Below are positions 1 through 14,940 of a stretch of DNA of 64,000 nucleotides, one piece after another. The notes under the pieces are model-generated. The model had not been told where the DNA came from. It did not search any database and was given only the letters and a program-made list of their open reading frames with translations. Numbering within the stretch: position 1 is the first letter of the stretch; each line of letters starts with the position of its first letter. Where the stretch lies: the NCBI RefSeq assembly GCF_009914755.1, contig NC_060932.1; one strand, given 5' to 3'. The translations under genes were made by a program, and so were the position numbers. Source of the stretch: the human T2T-CHM13v2.0 reference genome, Homo sapiens.

Positions 1-334
1 CTGCTGAAAACAAAAAACGGAAAAATCTTAAAAGCAACCAGAGGGAAAAACCCACATTGTTTTCAAAAGAGCGACAATAAAACTGACAGCTAAGCAAGAG
101 AAAAAATGGATTAAAAAAATTGTTAAAGTGCTGAAAGAAAATAATTACCAACTTAAAATGCTATACTCAGTGAAAATATCCTTCAAAAGTGAAGGCATAG
201 TAAAGACATTTTAGGGCAAACAAAAACTGAGAGAACTTATTGTTGGCATAGCTACATTCAAAGAAATACTGGAAGAATTTTTTCAGGCAGAAGATAATCC
301 CAGATGAAAGCAGTAATGCAAGATGGAATAAACA

Positions 335-650
335 GGCTAGGCGCGGTGGCTCACACCTGTAATCTCAGCACCTTGGGAGGCCAAGGCGGGCAGATCACCT
401 GAGGTCAGAAGCTCTAGACCAGCCTGGCCAACATAGTGAGACCCCGTCTCTACCAAAAATACAAAAATTAGCAGGACGTGGCAACGCATGCCTATAGTCC
501 CAGCTACTGGGGAGGCTGAGGCACAAGAATCACTTGAATCTAGGAAGTGGAAGTTGCAGTGAGCCGAGATCATGTGACTGCACTCCAGCCCGGGTGACAG
601 AGCGAGACTGTATTAAAAAAATAAAAATAAAAATAAATTTAAAAAAAGAA
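335..650 (+). mobile_element. Alu (AluS-like)
   Basis: Full dimer with A-rich linker and tail. Confidence 0.93.
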
Positions 651-842
651 GAAATAAACAGCACCAAAAAAGTAAAATTTCTAAATTAATATTTACTACA
701 TAAAACAATAACACTGATGTCTTACAGAGTTCAAAATATAGAGAGACTTAAATATATGTTAACAATAGCACAAAATGTATGAGAAGGGTAAATGGAGTTA
801 AAGTGTTGTGAGTTTCTTGCATTGTCCAGGATATGACATGTA

Positions 843-1186
843 CAGTTGTTCCTCTGTATCTATTAGGGATTTGATCCAGGACTTCCCACAGACACCAAAA
901 TCCACAGATGTTCAAGTCCCTTACATAAAATGGCATAGTATTTGCCTATAACCTACACACATCCTTCCATATAATTTAAATCATCTCTAGATTACTTATA
1001 ATACCTAATACACTGTAAATGCTATGTAAATAGTTGTTTTACTGAATTGCTTAGGGAATAATAACAAGAGAAAAGTCTGTACATGTTCAGTACAGATGTA
1101 ATCATCCATTATTTTCCCCAAATATTTTTGATCAAAGCTTGGTTGAATCCACAGATATGGAACCAATGGACATGGATGCCAATTCT
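843..1186. mobile_element. MER2-like Tigger-family non-autonomous DNA transposon
   Basis: ~345 bp with the characteristic caaaatccacagatgttcaagtccc and aatcatctctagattacttataatacctaataca segments and degenerate terminal inverted repeats. Confidence 0.75.
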
Positions 1187-1248
1187 AGTAATTTAAGATA
1201 GGTTATAATAAAATAATGATACATGTTGCAATCTCTAGGCTAATCATC

Positions 1249-1336
1249 GTGTTCACTTTGGCAACATATACACTAAAATGGGAAGAATACAGAGAACATT
1301 AGCATGGCCCCTTGAGCAAAGATGGCAGGCAAATTC
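1249..1336 (+). pseudogene. U6 snRNA retropseudogene, 3'-truncated
   Basis: gtgttcactttggcaacatatacactaaaatgggaagaatacagagaacattagcatggcccc...gcaaattc aligns to U6 nt ~1-87 including the ACAGAGA box; flanked by ~15-bp direct repeats. Confidence 0.9.
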
Positions 1337-1622
1337 TAGGGTAATCACCAAAGAACAATAAAAGAATGTACAGTTAACAAGCTTTAGAGTAGGGAAGTGG
1401 AATCATTTTTTAAATGCATGAATAATCCAAAGAAGGAGAGAAAGGGGAAAAATTAACAAAAAAAAACCACATAGAACAAATAGAAAGTAAATTGTAAGAT
1501 GATGGGTTTAAATCATAGTGTCAGTAATTAAATATAAGTGGTCCAAAGATGCCAATTAAAAGACAAAGATTGTGAGACTGGATAAAAATAAACCTCAAAT
1601 ATAAGGATATGAAAAGAAAAGT

Positions 1623-2165
1623 TGTGTGGCAGTTTTAAAACATAGCCACAAATCCTTTGGCACCCCTCTCATTAAGAGATGGGGTCTGTCTCCCTTCCCC
1701 AATCTGTGTGGGCATGTGGTTCCTTCAACCAATAGAGTACAGAAGAAGTAACACTGCGGGACTTTTGAGGCAAGAGCGTAAAAGTCTATGCAATTTATGC
1801 CTTGTTTGGTGAAAGTCACTTTTGGAGCTCTGAGCCACTGTGTGAGAAATCTGACTACTCAAGTCTGCCATTTTATAAGGAAGTCCAAGTAGGCACTACA
1901 ATCAACAGTCCTAGCTGAGTCCAGTCTCAAGTTAGCCCAGTACAGGTAACAGACATGTGATTGAAGAAGTCTCCAGATTCTAGCCCCCAATCATTCACAT
2001 CTTTCCAGCTAAGACTCCAGACAATGTAGAACAGATATAAAGTGTCCCTGCTAAGCTCTGTCCAAATTCCTCACCCACAATACCTATGAGCATAACAAAT
2101 TGTTTGTTGGTTTATGCCACTAAGTTTTGGGGTGGTTGGTTATGCAGCAGCACAAAAATGGAAAA
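1623..2165 (+). mobile_element. MaLR solo LTR (MLT1G/H-like) inserted in L1 ORF2
   Basis: Starts tgtgtggcag...gccacaaatcctttggcacccctc and ends gccactaagttttggggtggttggttatgcagca; L1 sequence resumes on both sides. Confidence 0.7.
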
Positions 2166-2774
2166 AGTTGAAGCTAAAAGGATGAAAAAGATACATCAAG
2201 CAAACAATCAAAAGAAAGCTTGTGTAGCTAGACAAATATCAGACAAAGTAAACTTTAAGGCAAGCAGTTTTACTGAATGATATTTCCTAACAATAAAGGG
2301 ATCAATTCAATTAAAAAAAAAATTGCAAGTCTAACTTTGTATACACATAATAACGTAGCCTCAAAATAAATAAAGCAAAAACTGACAGAACTAAGGGAGA
2401 AAAATTCAGATCCACAAGTACTGTTGGAAATGTTAACATACCTAAGTAAATTTTAAAGTACTGAAGTAATTCTAAGGATATTCTCTGATGACAATGAAAT
2501 TGAGCAAGAAGTGCAAAACAGAAAGATAACTAGGAAATCCCCAGATATTCAGAAATTAAGGAATATACTTTTCTAAATATGCATGAGTAAAAGTGAAAAA
2601 AACTCATTAAAATATCAAGCTTCTAGTTAACAAAAAAAATACCACTAATAACAAGAAAAGGCAAGTCACAGAATGGGAGAAAATATTTGCAATATATGTA
2701 TATGGAAATCAGAAAATATTTTGAACTGAATGGCAATGAAAATAACATATCACGAGTTATTGGATGCAACTACA

Positions 2775-3080
2775 GCCAGGAATGGTGGCTCACTTCTGTA
2801 ATCCCAGCACTTTGGGAGGCCAAGGTGAGAAGATCACTTGAGCCCAGGAGTTCAAGACCAGCCCAGCCAACAGCAAAAAGCAAAACCCCATCTCTACAAA
2901 AAATACAAAAATTAGCTAGGTTATAGTGGTGCACGCCTGTAGTCCCAGCTACTCAGGAGGCTGAGGTGGGAGAATCACTTAGACCCGGGAGATCAAGGCT
3001 GCAGTGAGCAGTGTTCATGCCACTGGACTCCAGCCTGGGCTACAGCAAGAAACCTTGTCTCAAAAAAAAAAAAAAAAAAG
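2775..3080 (+). mobile_element. Alu (AluJ-like)
   Basis: Dimer with cttgagcccagg diagnostic and poly-A tail. Confidence 0.9.
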
Positions 3081-3139
3081 AAGTATTGAATCCAACTAAA
3101 ATAGAGACAAAGGGAAATGTATAGCCCACTATAGCCCAT

Positions 3140-3740
3140 GACAACTACCAATATGGCTGAAGGTGTTTTTCAACTAACAATACCAAATATTGGAAAACTG
3201 TTTGAAGTATCTATTATAACATGTACCTAAGTGGTGACATAGCAATTACACTCCTGTTATATCCAACATTAATGAGTAAATATGTGCCCCAAAAGATGTG
3301 GACAGGAGAGTTCATGGCAGGTTTCTTAATAATAGCCAGAAAATAGACACAGCACAAATGCCCATGAATAATAACATGAGTGAACAAATTGCATGGTTTA
3401 TTCTACAGTGGAATACTCCTCAACCACAAAAAAGAATGAGCTACTGATGCATACAACAACACGGAGGAATCTTGCAAATAGAATGCTGCCCAAAAGACAA
3501 GAGTACATACCTAAGAATTCCAAAACTAATCTACACTGACATGTATCAGAACAGTGGTTACCTTGGGATGGGGGTGGAGGGAGGATTGACTGGGAAGGGA
3601 CATTTCTAGAGTACAAATAATATTCCATGACTTAATCCAGATGTGGTTACATAAGTGTATAGAGTGTAAAAATTAGTTGAGCTGTACACTTAAAATCTGT
3701 GCAGTTTATTATTATGTATGTTGTACTTTAATTTTTTAAA
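3140..3740 (+). mobile_element. Old L1M 3' end fragment
   Basis: Typical L1M 3' UTR motifs: gtggaatactcc, aaaaagaatgagctactgatgcatacaacaac, gagctgtacacttaaaatctgtgca. Confidence 0.7.
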
Positions 3741-3792
3741 TGAAGCTTTTTTAAAAAAGCAAAAGGAAAATAAACATAAAATTCCAGAAAGT

Positions 3793-4292
<500 letters not shown>

Positions 4293-4564
4293 TTATATAT
4301 ACAATGCATACACCCTTTTGTATGCATCAAATATTAAGTGCTAACAAACACATTATATTAGTAAAAAACAAATTCTTCAAATATTTACCACGCATGTACT
4401 GAACTCCAGAAGAATTTTAAAAGTAAAATGAATATAAATGACTCTCACTGATGTTTAAATACATGAAGACAATTGCATTAATTTAATAAGTGCCCTCCTA
4501 ACATCATGCTGATTGTACCTTCAAGAGACCACTTTGTATGACGTAGGGCCATAAGCATGACAGG

Positions 4565-4760
4565 CATTATTGAATGCATACTGTCTGTTGGGCACAGTTG
4601 TGAATGCTTTACATGCATTTAATTGTCATATAACCCTATGAGGCCGGTACTGTTATCACCCCAATTTAACAGATGGGGAAACACACACAGGGAGTTCAAG
4701 TGATTTGCTGGTGGCCTCACAGCAGGCAAGCAGTCGAGCCAGCATTTGAAGCCTGCTTTT
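4565..4760 (-). mobile_element. MIR
   Basis: MIR core-like ccccaatttaacagatggggaaac. Confidence 0.65.
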
Positions 4761-5078
4761 GAATGGCTGTTTGGTTTCAGAGCCTACTCGCTCTACCTCT
4801 GCACCACTCTGCCTCTTTTAAGGAGCACAGCTCCCATTTCTGGGAATTTTCCACCATGCCCCTGACTTCCAAAGAGGACTGAAATGGAGTTGCAGGGTGT
4901 CCATAGAGAGAGGGGCTTGTGACATGTCTGTAATTACAATGACAATGAATTACGTTGTCATCACTGACAATAACTATCATAATAAACATTGAGCCCTCAT
5001 TGTTCTATATCACAGAGTATATTAAAAAGTTGCTATGATTAAACAATTAACAGGTTTTTTAATTCCAGATCTTCACTA

Positions 5079-5703
<625 letters not shown>

Positions 5704-6365
5704 TCACCTACGACTTTATAAATGCCCTTGAGTTTTTCATGATCTGTGGCTTATTTCTCCCCCAGGAAGATAGCATTTGTTTCTGATTCTTCTTCGCTTT
5801 CTTGTGGGGCATGTTACTTAGACATGGTAGGTGCTGAGGAAATATCTGTGTAATATCTGTGAAATAGCTGAATCCATACATGACAAATAAATAAAGATGA
5901 CGTCAAACATCCAAGGTCTTTGCAAAACCTCCCACATATCCCTTGGCCTTGCCCGTCATATTCACTGCTGTAACCCTGAGATTTAGAAAAGAGCCTGTAA
6001 GTTGTAAGTGCTCACTCAGTACCAAGTTTTGGTTCAATGAATGAAAGCAGGAATGACAGATAATTCTGGCAGTTTGTAAAATATCTGTAGACCAAGACTT
6101 ATCTCTGTGAAAGGCCTTGCTGACACTGGAATGAGTCGACATGTCTACCAACTCAGAGGGATAAGGAAAAGGCACTATACTGCTGGGTCCTGATAAGAGA
6201 AGAAGGTGTCTACAATGCTGGAGTGGACAGCAGGCTGGAGGGAGAATCATTTTGAGAAAGCCCATGTATGCGGCAGGTGCAAGTCTCCCAGGTTTGCGGT
6301 GAGCGGTTCTTACCTTGCACAGGGAGGATAGGGATGAGGGTAAATGTCTTCAGTATCTTTGAGAA

Positions 6366-6620
6366 TTTTCTTTTTTCGTCTTTTTTTTTTTTCTGAGATA
6401 GAGTCTCGCTCTGTTGTCCAGGGTGGAGTGCAGCTCACTGCAGCCTCCAACTCCTAGGCTCAAGCCATCCTCCTGCCTCAGCCTCTTAAATGGCTGGGAC
6501 CACAGGTGCACCACCACACTTGGCTAATTTTTTTTTTAATTTTGTAGAGACAGGGTCTCACTGTGTTGACCAGACTGGTCTCAAATTCCTGGCCTCAAGC
6601 AATACTCCTAAGCTTGGCCT
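6366..6620 (-). mobile_element. Alu (AluJ-like, degenerate)
   Basis: Antisense Alu with poly-T head. Confidence 0.85.
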
Positions 6621-8262
6621 CTTAAGCCTAGCGAGAATGTTCTTTCCTCGACTAGTGAAAGTTCAGCTGTGTCTGTCAGGCTGAGCAAGTGGAGCTCCGG
6701 GGTCAGGTGGGTGGAAGAAGTTCCCGTCCTCAGTCTCCCTGCTCCACTCCTGTCTCTTTGGCGATGGGGAAGGCATGTGACGGCCTTTTTAAGGATAGAA
6801 CATCACGAGTCATCTGGAACCGCCTCTTGGGGAAAGACTGTTCTCTTCCCTTAAAAAGCATGCGTTGTTCTTCCAGGACAGATGCTTGACTTCCTTCCTC
6901 CCCCTCCTCTCCACCCTTCCCTTCCCACCCTAGCCTCTCCTTCAAGCTGTCTTGCTTCCTCTTCTCTCTACTCCTGCCTTTTTCTCTGGTCCTCAGCGGG
7001 GAAAGCCAGAAGCCTAATCACAGGAGCAGAAAAAATCTCCAAACCAATACACAGAGCCCAGGAGAAATGATCTGGAGCAAAGTGCTTCTCAGGGGCTCGT
7101 GCAGCAGAAAATCAGAACTTGATCATCTGGCCTGATGTGTCTGTTCATATCCTTTGATTGCAGAAGATCAAGTTCTGGCCATCACACATGTTGATGTCTG
7201 ATACAAGGCATTGCTTAGCAAAGCCCTGAACTCTGCCTCCCACCAACACCCCCAAGGCTAAGTGAGGTCAGGGGTGCTGACATTGGCCTGGCCTCATCAC
7301 TCTCTGACTCTGAGACTCAGAACCTAGTATCAGGGAGATTTCATCCCCAGACCTCCTTGTCTTCTGGGGGCCTACATTCACTCATTCACAACATTCTGAG
7401 TGAGTTCTTATGTCACCTGCCTCAACAACTTTGGTTCTCCGCTTCCAATTATTTCTATCTTGGTCCATTTTCCCAGCTCTTTCTCTTTCCACCACTTTTC
7501 TCTCTGTCTCCTTCATTTCTTTCTGTTCCAGGTGCTTCACATGGCCCTGTCTGCAGGCGCCTCTCCTGTCTCTGTCTCCGGGAGCGTTCTCCTCCATCCT
7601 CCCTCCTTCCTGGGGACTCTGGGAAGTGCCTGAGTGTGGCCTTGCAGGTTGCGCCACCGCTTTCATCCCAATCCAGGTGGCTGCAATCCAGTACAGGATT
7701 TACGCTGCCCTGACCCTGAGCCGTCAAGAAGGAACAGCCAGATTAATGGGGTGGGCGGGCTGGGGTAATAATCGTTTGTTTGATGTGACAAGCCTGATAG
7801 GCGTTGATTTACTTACAGACTGATGGGCTTTTAATTGAGCACGCCATCCTAGTCACTTCAAAGGCAGGGGAAGTTGACAAGGGGCCCCTTTCACGAGGGC
7901 TCCTGGTGACTGACAGGCCCCCTCTGCTAAGACTCCCGCCTGGCCCAGGACCGGCCCGGGCAGCCCTCACCCGGCTCTGTAGCAAAGGAACACATTTTCT
8001 GTAACTCAGAAATGGCCTTTTGTCTGCTGCCAAGGAAGGCAGCCCCTGCTCGGAAGGCCTCGCATCCCTCAGAAGGTTGAGGAATAAGGAGGAATGGGGG
8101 ATCCTGAGATGGGGCCGCAGAAAGGGCCTGGAGGAGGTGGGGGAGATTCCAGGCCCTTGATGTGCAAAATGGCTACTTTGTTCTGACCTCCTGTGCTGAG
8201 TCAGCCTCCTCCACCTCACTTTCTCCCCCTTCTCCTCACTTCCTCCCTCTCTCTCTCTCTCC

Positions 8263-8765
<503 letters not shown>

Positions 8766-9348
8766 TAATGTCCCTGGAGTAGTGGCCCGTCCACAGCAGC
8801 CCCCTCCTCCCTGACAGCCACCCTTCTTCCCCCAGGCTGTAGGCTGTGAAGCCTTCAGACCAGGACCCCCTTGGACTTGGAGGTGGGGCCTTTACAGCAA
8901 ACCCCTCTCTCCTATAGACAGCACTACAATGAACAGGGTCCACAGACACCCACGCTTAAGGCCAGGGACTCAGGCTCGGTGCAGTTTCTGTCCTATTCTT
9001 GTTTGGTCTGGAAGATGCTAGACCAAATGTGATTAATATTAAAACAGAGGTTTTATTCTGTTTGAAATATTAGAAAACATTCTTTATCAAGGATGTTCTG
9101 TCAAAATGGATTTGCTTTGGTTTTGTTTTGTTCAAGTCCCATAGGACACAGTCCCTGACCTCTAGGAGGAGCGACCTTCTACATCAGCCCCCAAACTTCC
9201 TCACTAAGTGGGGAGTGGGGATGGAGGGGAGATCAGTGAGACTCCCACCCTGCAGGAGCTTTGAGTTCTAAGTCAGGCCCCTTTAGTGACTGCCAGAGAC
9301 TGTAGGCAAGCCCTGTTCCCGGCATTCCTCTTTTTTTCCCTGTGGTAA

Positions 9349-9745
<397 letters not shown>

Positions 9746-10550
9746 AGGCACTTTCACATATATTATCTTAATTAATCTTTTAACAACTGTGGGAGGTAGA
9801 TAAGCGCAATGTTACTATGCCCATTAGACAGATGATAAAATTGAGACTCAAAGGATGATGTGCTCCTAAGAGGCAAAACTGGGTCTCAAACTGGGGGATT
9901 CTCCTGCTTCTTCTTCCACCACCCCTCACTGCGTCCCAGTGACTATTGCCCCATTCCTCTGGAAGCTGCATTTTCTCACTCTAAACAGGTGGTTTAGAGG
10001 CCATGTATTTTTCCCCCTTTTAGGTTCTTCCCTGATTTCCCCACCCTCCTGGCCTCGGTGTCCAGAATCAGAAAGCCTCTAGCCCTCACCTTACAAGGCA
10101 GAGCTCTCCCGCTGGTGTCTGTCTCAAAGCTCACTTACAAATGTTACCTGAGAGCCTGATATTCCCTCAAGATTTGCTACTCCCAGCTCTCCTCTCATCC
10201 ACAGAAGAAAGGGCCATAGGTGAGGTGCCCGGGCCTTTGGTTCTCTGCTGTGAAGAACGTGTTCACTAAAGTAGCTCATGACCTGTTGGAGGGATATTTC
10301 CCACTGCAGAGCTAAGCCCTAGGGCCAACGCTTGAGAGAAATCAATTAACTCTCCCTTCTCTGCCTCTATGCCTTGAATCTAATATTTCCACAGAAATAT
10401 TAATGCCCTGAGATATTATGGCTTGTTTACACGTTGGTCCCCTCACTAGAGAGTCCAATCCTTTACGGCAAGTACATATCTTTTCATCTTATATCGCCAG
10501 GGCTCAATAGTGCAAGTTTAGCTGAAATGTTTTTTGTTGAAAGTTTTGTT

Positions 10551-10935
10551 GGCCCAGACTGTGTGGTGGTTCATGCCTGTAATCTCAGCACTTTGTGAGG
10601 CCGAGGAGGGGGAATTGCTTGAGCCCAGGAGTTTGAGACCAGCCTGGGCAACAGGGTGAAACCCCATATCTACAAAAAATAAAAACATTAGCTGGGCATA
10701 TTGGCATGCTCCTGTAGCCCCATTGACTCAAGAGGGTCAGGTGAGAGGATCAATTGGGCCTGAGAGGTCAAGGGTGCAGTGAGCTGTGAGCACACCACTG
10801 CACTCCAGCCTGGGTGACAGAGTAAGATCTTGTCTCAAAAGAAAAGAAAACAGAAGAGAAGAGAAGAGAAAAGAAAGAGAAGGAACTAAGGAAGGAAGGA
10901 ACGAACCAAAGAAGGAAGGAAGGAAGGAAGGAAAG
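10551..10935 (+). mobile_element. Alu (AluJ-like) with GA-rich expanded tail
   Basis: Dimer followed by (gaaaa)/(gaag)n. Confidence 0.88.
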
Positions 10936-10969
10936 TTGGTTTTGTGTGAAAGGCTGAATAGTGAACTGG

Positions 10970-11345
10970 TGGAGTCAAACAGCCTACGAGAATTTCAATC
11001 CCAGCTCCACTGCTTGACAGCTAGTGTTGGACAAGGCATTTAAATGTTCCATGCCTCAGTCTCCTCATCTACAAAATGGGACAAAAATAGTACCTACCTC
11101 ATAAAGTTACATTATGAGGCTTTCATGAGTTAATAACATATTTCATCTCATCTGCAATGCGCTGTTATTTTAGGTCCAACAAAGAAAGAAAACAACTGCT
11201 GTTAAATGATCAGTGACATGGTGCCTTTTTTATCAGTGTCAGAGATGTTTAAAATGTAGGGAAAATGCATCTTAGAATTGATTAGTGATCTCTGTGTGAA
11301 ACACACAGAACAGTCGTTGGCACACAGCACCTGCTATGAGAGTGA
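10970..11345 (+). mobile_element. MIR interrupted by a MER104-like DNA element (~11138-11287)
   Basis: MIR core gcctcagtctcctcatctacaaaatggg; the insert ends tcagagatgtttaaaatg...aaaatgcatcttagaattgatt. Confidence 0.55.
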
Positions 11346-12297
11346 GAGCTACTGTCTGTCATTGCTGTTGAACTGAATTCTCACAAGAACCTGATGATGA
11401 GTTCACTTAATCCTCATTTTACAGATGAGGAAATAGAAATTCAGAGAGCTGAAGTGGCTTGACCAAGCTCACTCTGCCAGGGAGTACGCGAAGGCATTTA
11501 AACCTGCCTTTGAGGTGCAATAATCTATAGTGATTACAGTTGCTGGCAGCCGCCCACCAAGCTACCAGGGAGTTAGGAGCTGGGTTTTGTTCTCAATTGC
11601 ATTCTCTTTCCTTAATCTAAGCTTTTTTTCCCCTCTGGTATAATTAATCTCCTTATTCCTCCCCCTCCTCCTTTTTACTTGGCTCTGATCTTTCTACCTT
11701 TCTGCTAATGGCTTCAGGTTTTACTGCATCTGCTATGAAATCGTAAGCAACCTCAGATCTTTTATGGCGGTAGAAGGAGTATAAATAAATATAAAGGCAA
11801 AAACTGGCTTTTAAAGATGACAGGTAGCAAGAAAAAAGATAGAGAGAATATGCCCACAATCACATGTGGGGTGTGTAGGCTCCACATGGACACACTGAGG
11901 GACAGCCCAGCCAGTGCCCACCCAGACACCCTGCCCCCTGGCTCCCTCCAGCCTTCTGTGAGAGCTTCTGATGCCAAGTGCCCTGATAAAATATGCAGAA
12001 AGCTCCACATGCCCCTCAAGCCAGTTGTTGGCCACACCAGACTCTTTCTCCCATGAACCAGTGAGACACTATGGCTTGGAGGGGACGTTTGATGGGGGAG
12101 GGAAGTGGTTACAATTAACTCTTCTAGAACCTTCTCTGGCTCTGTTTGGCACCTCCAAAGAAGCAGCAGCTACTTGAAAGTGTAAGTTTCTAGCTTGCTA
12201 TTGCAATGAGTCTGAAGCAAAGGAAGGAATCCTGTTACCTCCAAATGGAACCCATGTAAAAGGTATATCACTGTTTTTACCATCAAAAAAAAAGTCT

Positions 12298-12722
12298 TGA
12301 CCAGGTACTGTGCCTCACACCTGTAATCCCAACATATTGGGAGGCTAAGGCAGGAGGATGCTTAAGGCCAGGAATTCGAGACCACCCTGGCAACATAGCA
12401 AGACCCCTTCTCTACAAGAAAAAAAAATGTTTAAAATTTGCCAGCATAGTGACACACACCTGTCATCCCAACTACTCTGGAGGATGAGGCGGGAGGATCG
12501 CTTGAGCCCAGGAGTTTGAGTCTGAAGGGAGCTAAGATCACAGAACTGCATTCCAGCCTGGTCAACAGAGCAAGACACTGTCTCTAAAACAAGGAAAGGA
12601 GAGGAGAGGAGAGGGGAGGGGAGGGGAGGGGAGAGGAGAAAAGAAGAGAAAAGAAGAGAAGACAAGAGAAGAGAAGAGAAAAGAAAAGAAAAGAAAAGAA
12701 AAGAAAAGAAAAGAAAAGAAAG
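12298..12722 (+). mobile_element. Alu (AluJ-like) with (GGAGA)/(GAAAA)n tail
   Basis: Dimer plus polypurine pentamer repeats. Confidence 0.88.
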
Positions 12723-14469
12723 CCTCTAGGATATACTTTATTTGGGATTTTGTAGTAGTCATCCCACAACCTTAAGTGGCTGTCACAGGTCACAGAAGGA
12801 TGCCACTCCTGAATCATTCCCCCAAGTGATGAGCCCCAATATTCTGCCACTTCGGCCAGGTTTGCCACGCTCACCTTAACAGATAATGAATGAAATATGT
12901 CACAGTATCATACTGAGTTTTTTCCTCCCAAATAGGGAGGCCATGGGCCGGCTAGAGGGTTGTATTTGTGAATTTGCTTGAGTTTGTCAGGATGGGATCA
13001 GGAATGGTCAGTGGGGAGACGGTTTCTCCCAAACTTCTCCCCACTCTCCCACATGGCCTGTAACCTATTGAGTTAAAGGCTGGGTGAGGAAGAGGTTTTT
13101 AAAAGGACAATTGCATTTGGGAGGTTTGCCAGGGCAGGGAGGGAGAGCATGCCATCCTTCAGTAGCCTGAATGCAGCATACAGTCTTTCCAGTTCCGAAT
13201 AAAATGTACTCAAGGCTCAGATCCATCAGACAAAGAAAGATACATCAGCAGAGGAGGGGAAAGATGAAAATGCGAGTCCAGCTCTTCATTCATGTACATG
13301 TAGTTCATCTCTAAGGCTTCCAAGAAAGCAGCCGCACACCAAATCCCTTCCGATGCTGTCTGTATCTGAGCCTCCTGTGAGATAATCCTCTTAATGGAAT
13401 ATTTAAGAAATCGGATATAAATCACCAACCTTTTATCTCACCTGCAGATTCATATACCATAGGACGTATTGTGTATATGTCTATCTACATATAGATGGTT
13501 GCAGCTGCTTTTATGAGTGGATATTGCCATGTTTTTAGGCTCAATATGTTTTTCAATATCTAAACCTATTTTTTTCCTGGAGATATGGGTGCAAAAATAT
13601 AAATTTTAGAGCTCGGAGCCCAGAAAATAGATGTACCTAGAGAAGTTTCAAAATTAAAACACACATCCCTCTGAAAATCTTCTTTGTCATTTGCAGCCAC
13701 TAAAAATGCCTATTGTTATGATGCACTCATAAATAACTTGATTTTGGCATATGCTTTTATACCATACAGAAAATGAATAAATTAAATTTGATTTACCACC
13801 TTTTTCATTTTTATTAGCACTACTCTGAAGAGTTTATGTAAGGGACGTGCCAGAGCAGTTATGCCAAATGTTTTAAGGCATTGGTATTGATATTATATAA
13901 ATTAAGGTGTTTTAATTTGCATTCTTTGATTAACTAAATACTGGCAGAAAAATAAAACACAAGGGCAGCCCTGAGTTATTGCCTCTATTAAACTGCTGAC
14001 ATCTCCAAAAAGACGCTTTAAGTAATTCAATCCATGCGGTGGGTAGGAGGGGGATATTAACGCTCTCTTATTTGGCAAAACCTATTGGGGTTAAAGAAAC
14101 CAATATCATGCTTTGCTTGCAGAGTGGTAAGGGACTGGGTGTGTTCTAAGAAGGTCTGAATTTGTGTCCCCAAGGAGAAGTTAACTAAATGCTTTTAATT
14201 CTCTGCCCTGCCCAGGCCTGAGCTCGGCGGGCTGCTGGGTGCAGGGCCCTGGAGACCTCTGCTGGCTATCTTTGCCCCCAGGGCTGAATCCCTGACAACT
14301 TGAGAAGTGACAAACTGGTTGAATTAATTAAGTAGATTCCATATCAACATAATTTTACCAGAAACAACAAGAGGAATCATCAAAGACCCTTCAGCAGAGC
14401 TGGCTGCTCCCAGTCCATCCTCTTCATCACACTTGGGCCCCCAAACCATGAAAAGAAGTTTTCTCAAAA

Positions 14470-14940
14470 GATGTGCAAAAGCTACTCACCATAGCAAAGA
14501 CATGGAATCAACCTAAGTGCCCATCAACAGTGGACTGGATAAAGAAAACATGGTATCTATACACTATGGAATACTACACAGCCATAAAAAAAATAATGAA
14601 ATCATGTTCTTTGCAGCAACGTGGATAGACCTGGGGGCCATTATCCTGAGAATCAGTGCAGGAATAGAAAACCAAATATTGCATGTCATCACTTATAAGT
14701 GGGAGCTAAACATGGGGTACACATGGAAATAAAGATGGCAAGAATTGACACTGGGGACTACTGGGGGGCGGGGCAAGGGCTGAAAAACTAACTATTGGGT
14801 ACAATGCTCACTACCTGGGTGACAGGATCAACCGTACCCCCAAACCTCAGCATCGTGCAATATATCTATGTAACAAACCTGCACATGTACCCCCTGAATC
14901 TAAAATAAAAGTTGAATATTTTAAAGAAAGAAAGAAAAAG
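14470..14940 (+). mobile_element. L1 3' end (L1PB/old L1PA-like)
   Basis: catggaatcaacctaagtgcccatcaacagtggactggataaagaaaac...gtaacaaacctgcacatgtaccccctgaatctaaaataaaag. Confidence 0.85.

Larger units (their letters stand above)
1..2775 (+). mobile_element. Old decayed L1 (end of ORF1, inter-ORF, start of ORF2) interrupted by Alu, MER2, U6 and an LTR
   Basis: A-rich + strand with ORF1-like ctatactcagtgaaaatatccttcaaaagtgaagg and endonuclease-like ccaattaaaagacaaagattg / aaaaggatgaaaaagatacatcaagcaaac. Confidence 0.75.
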
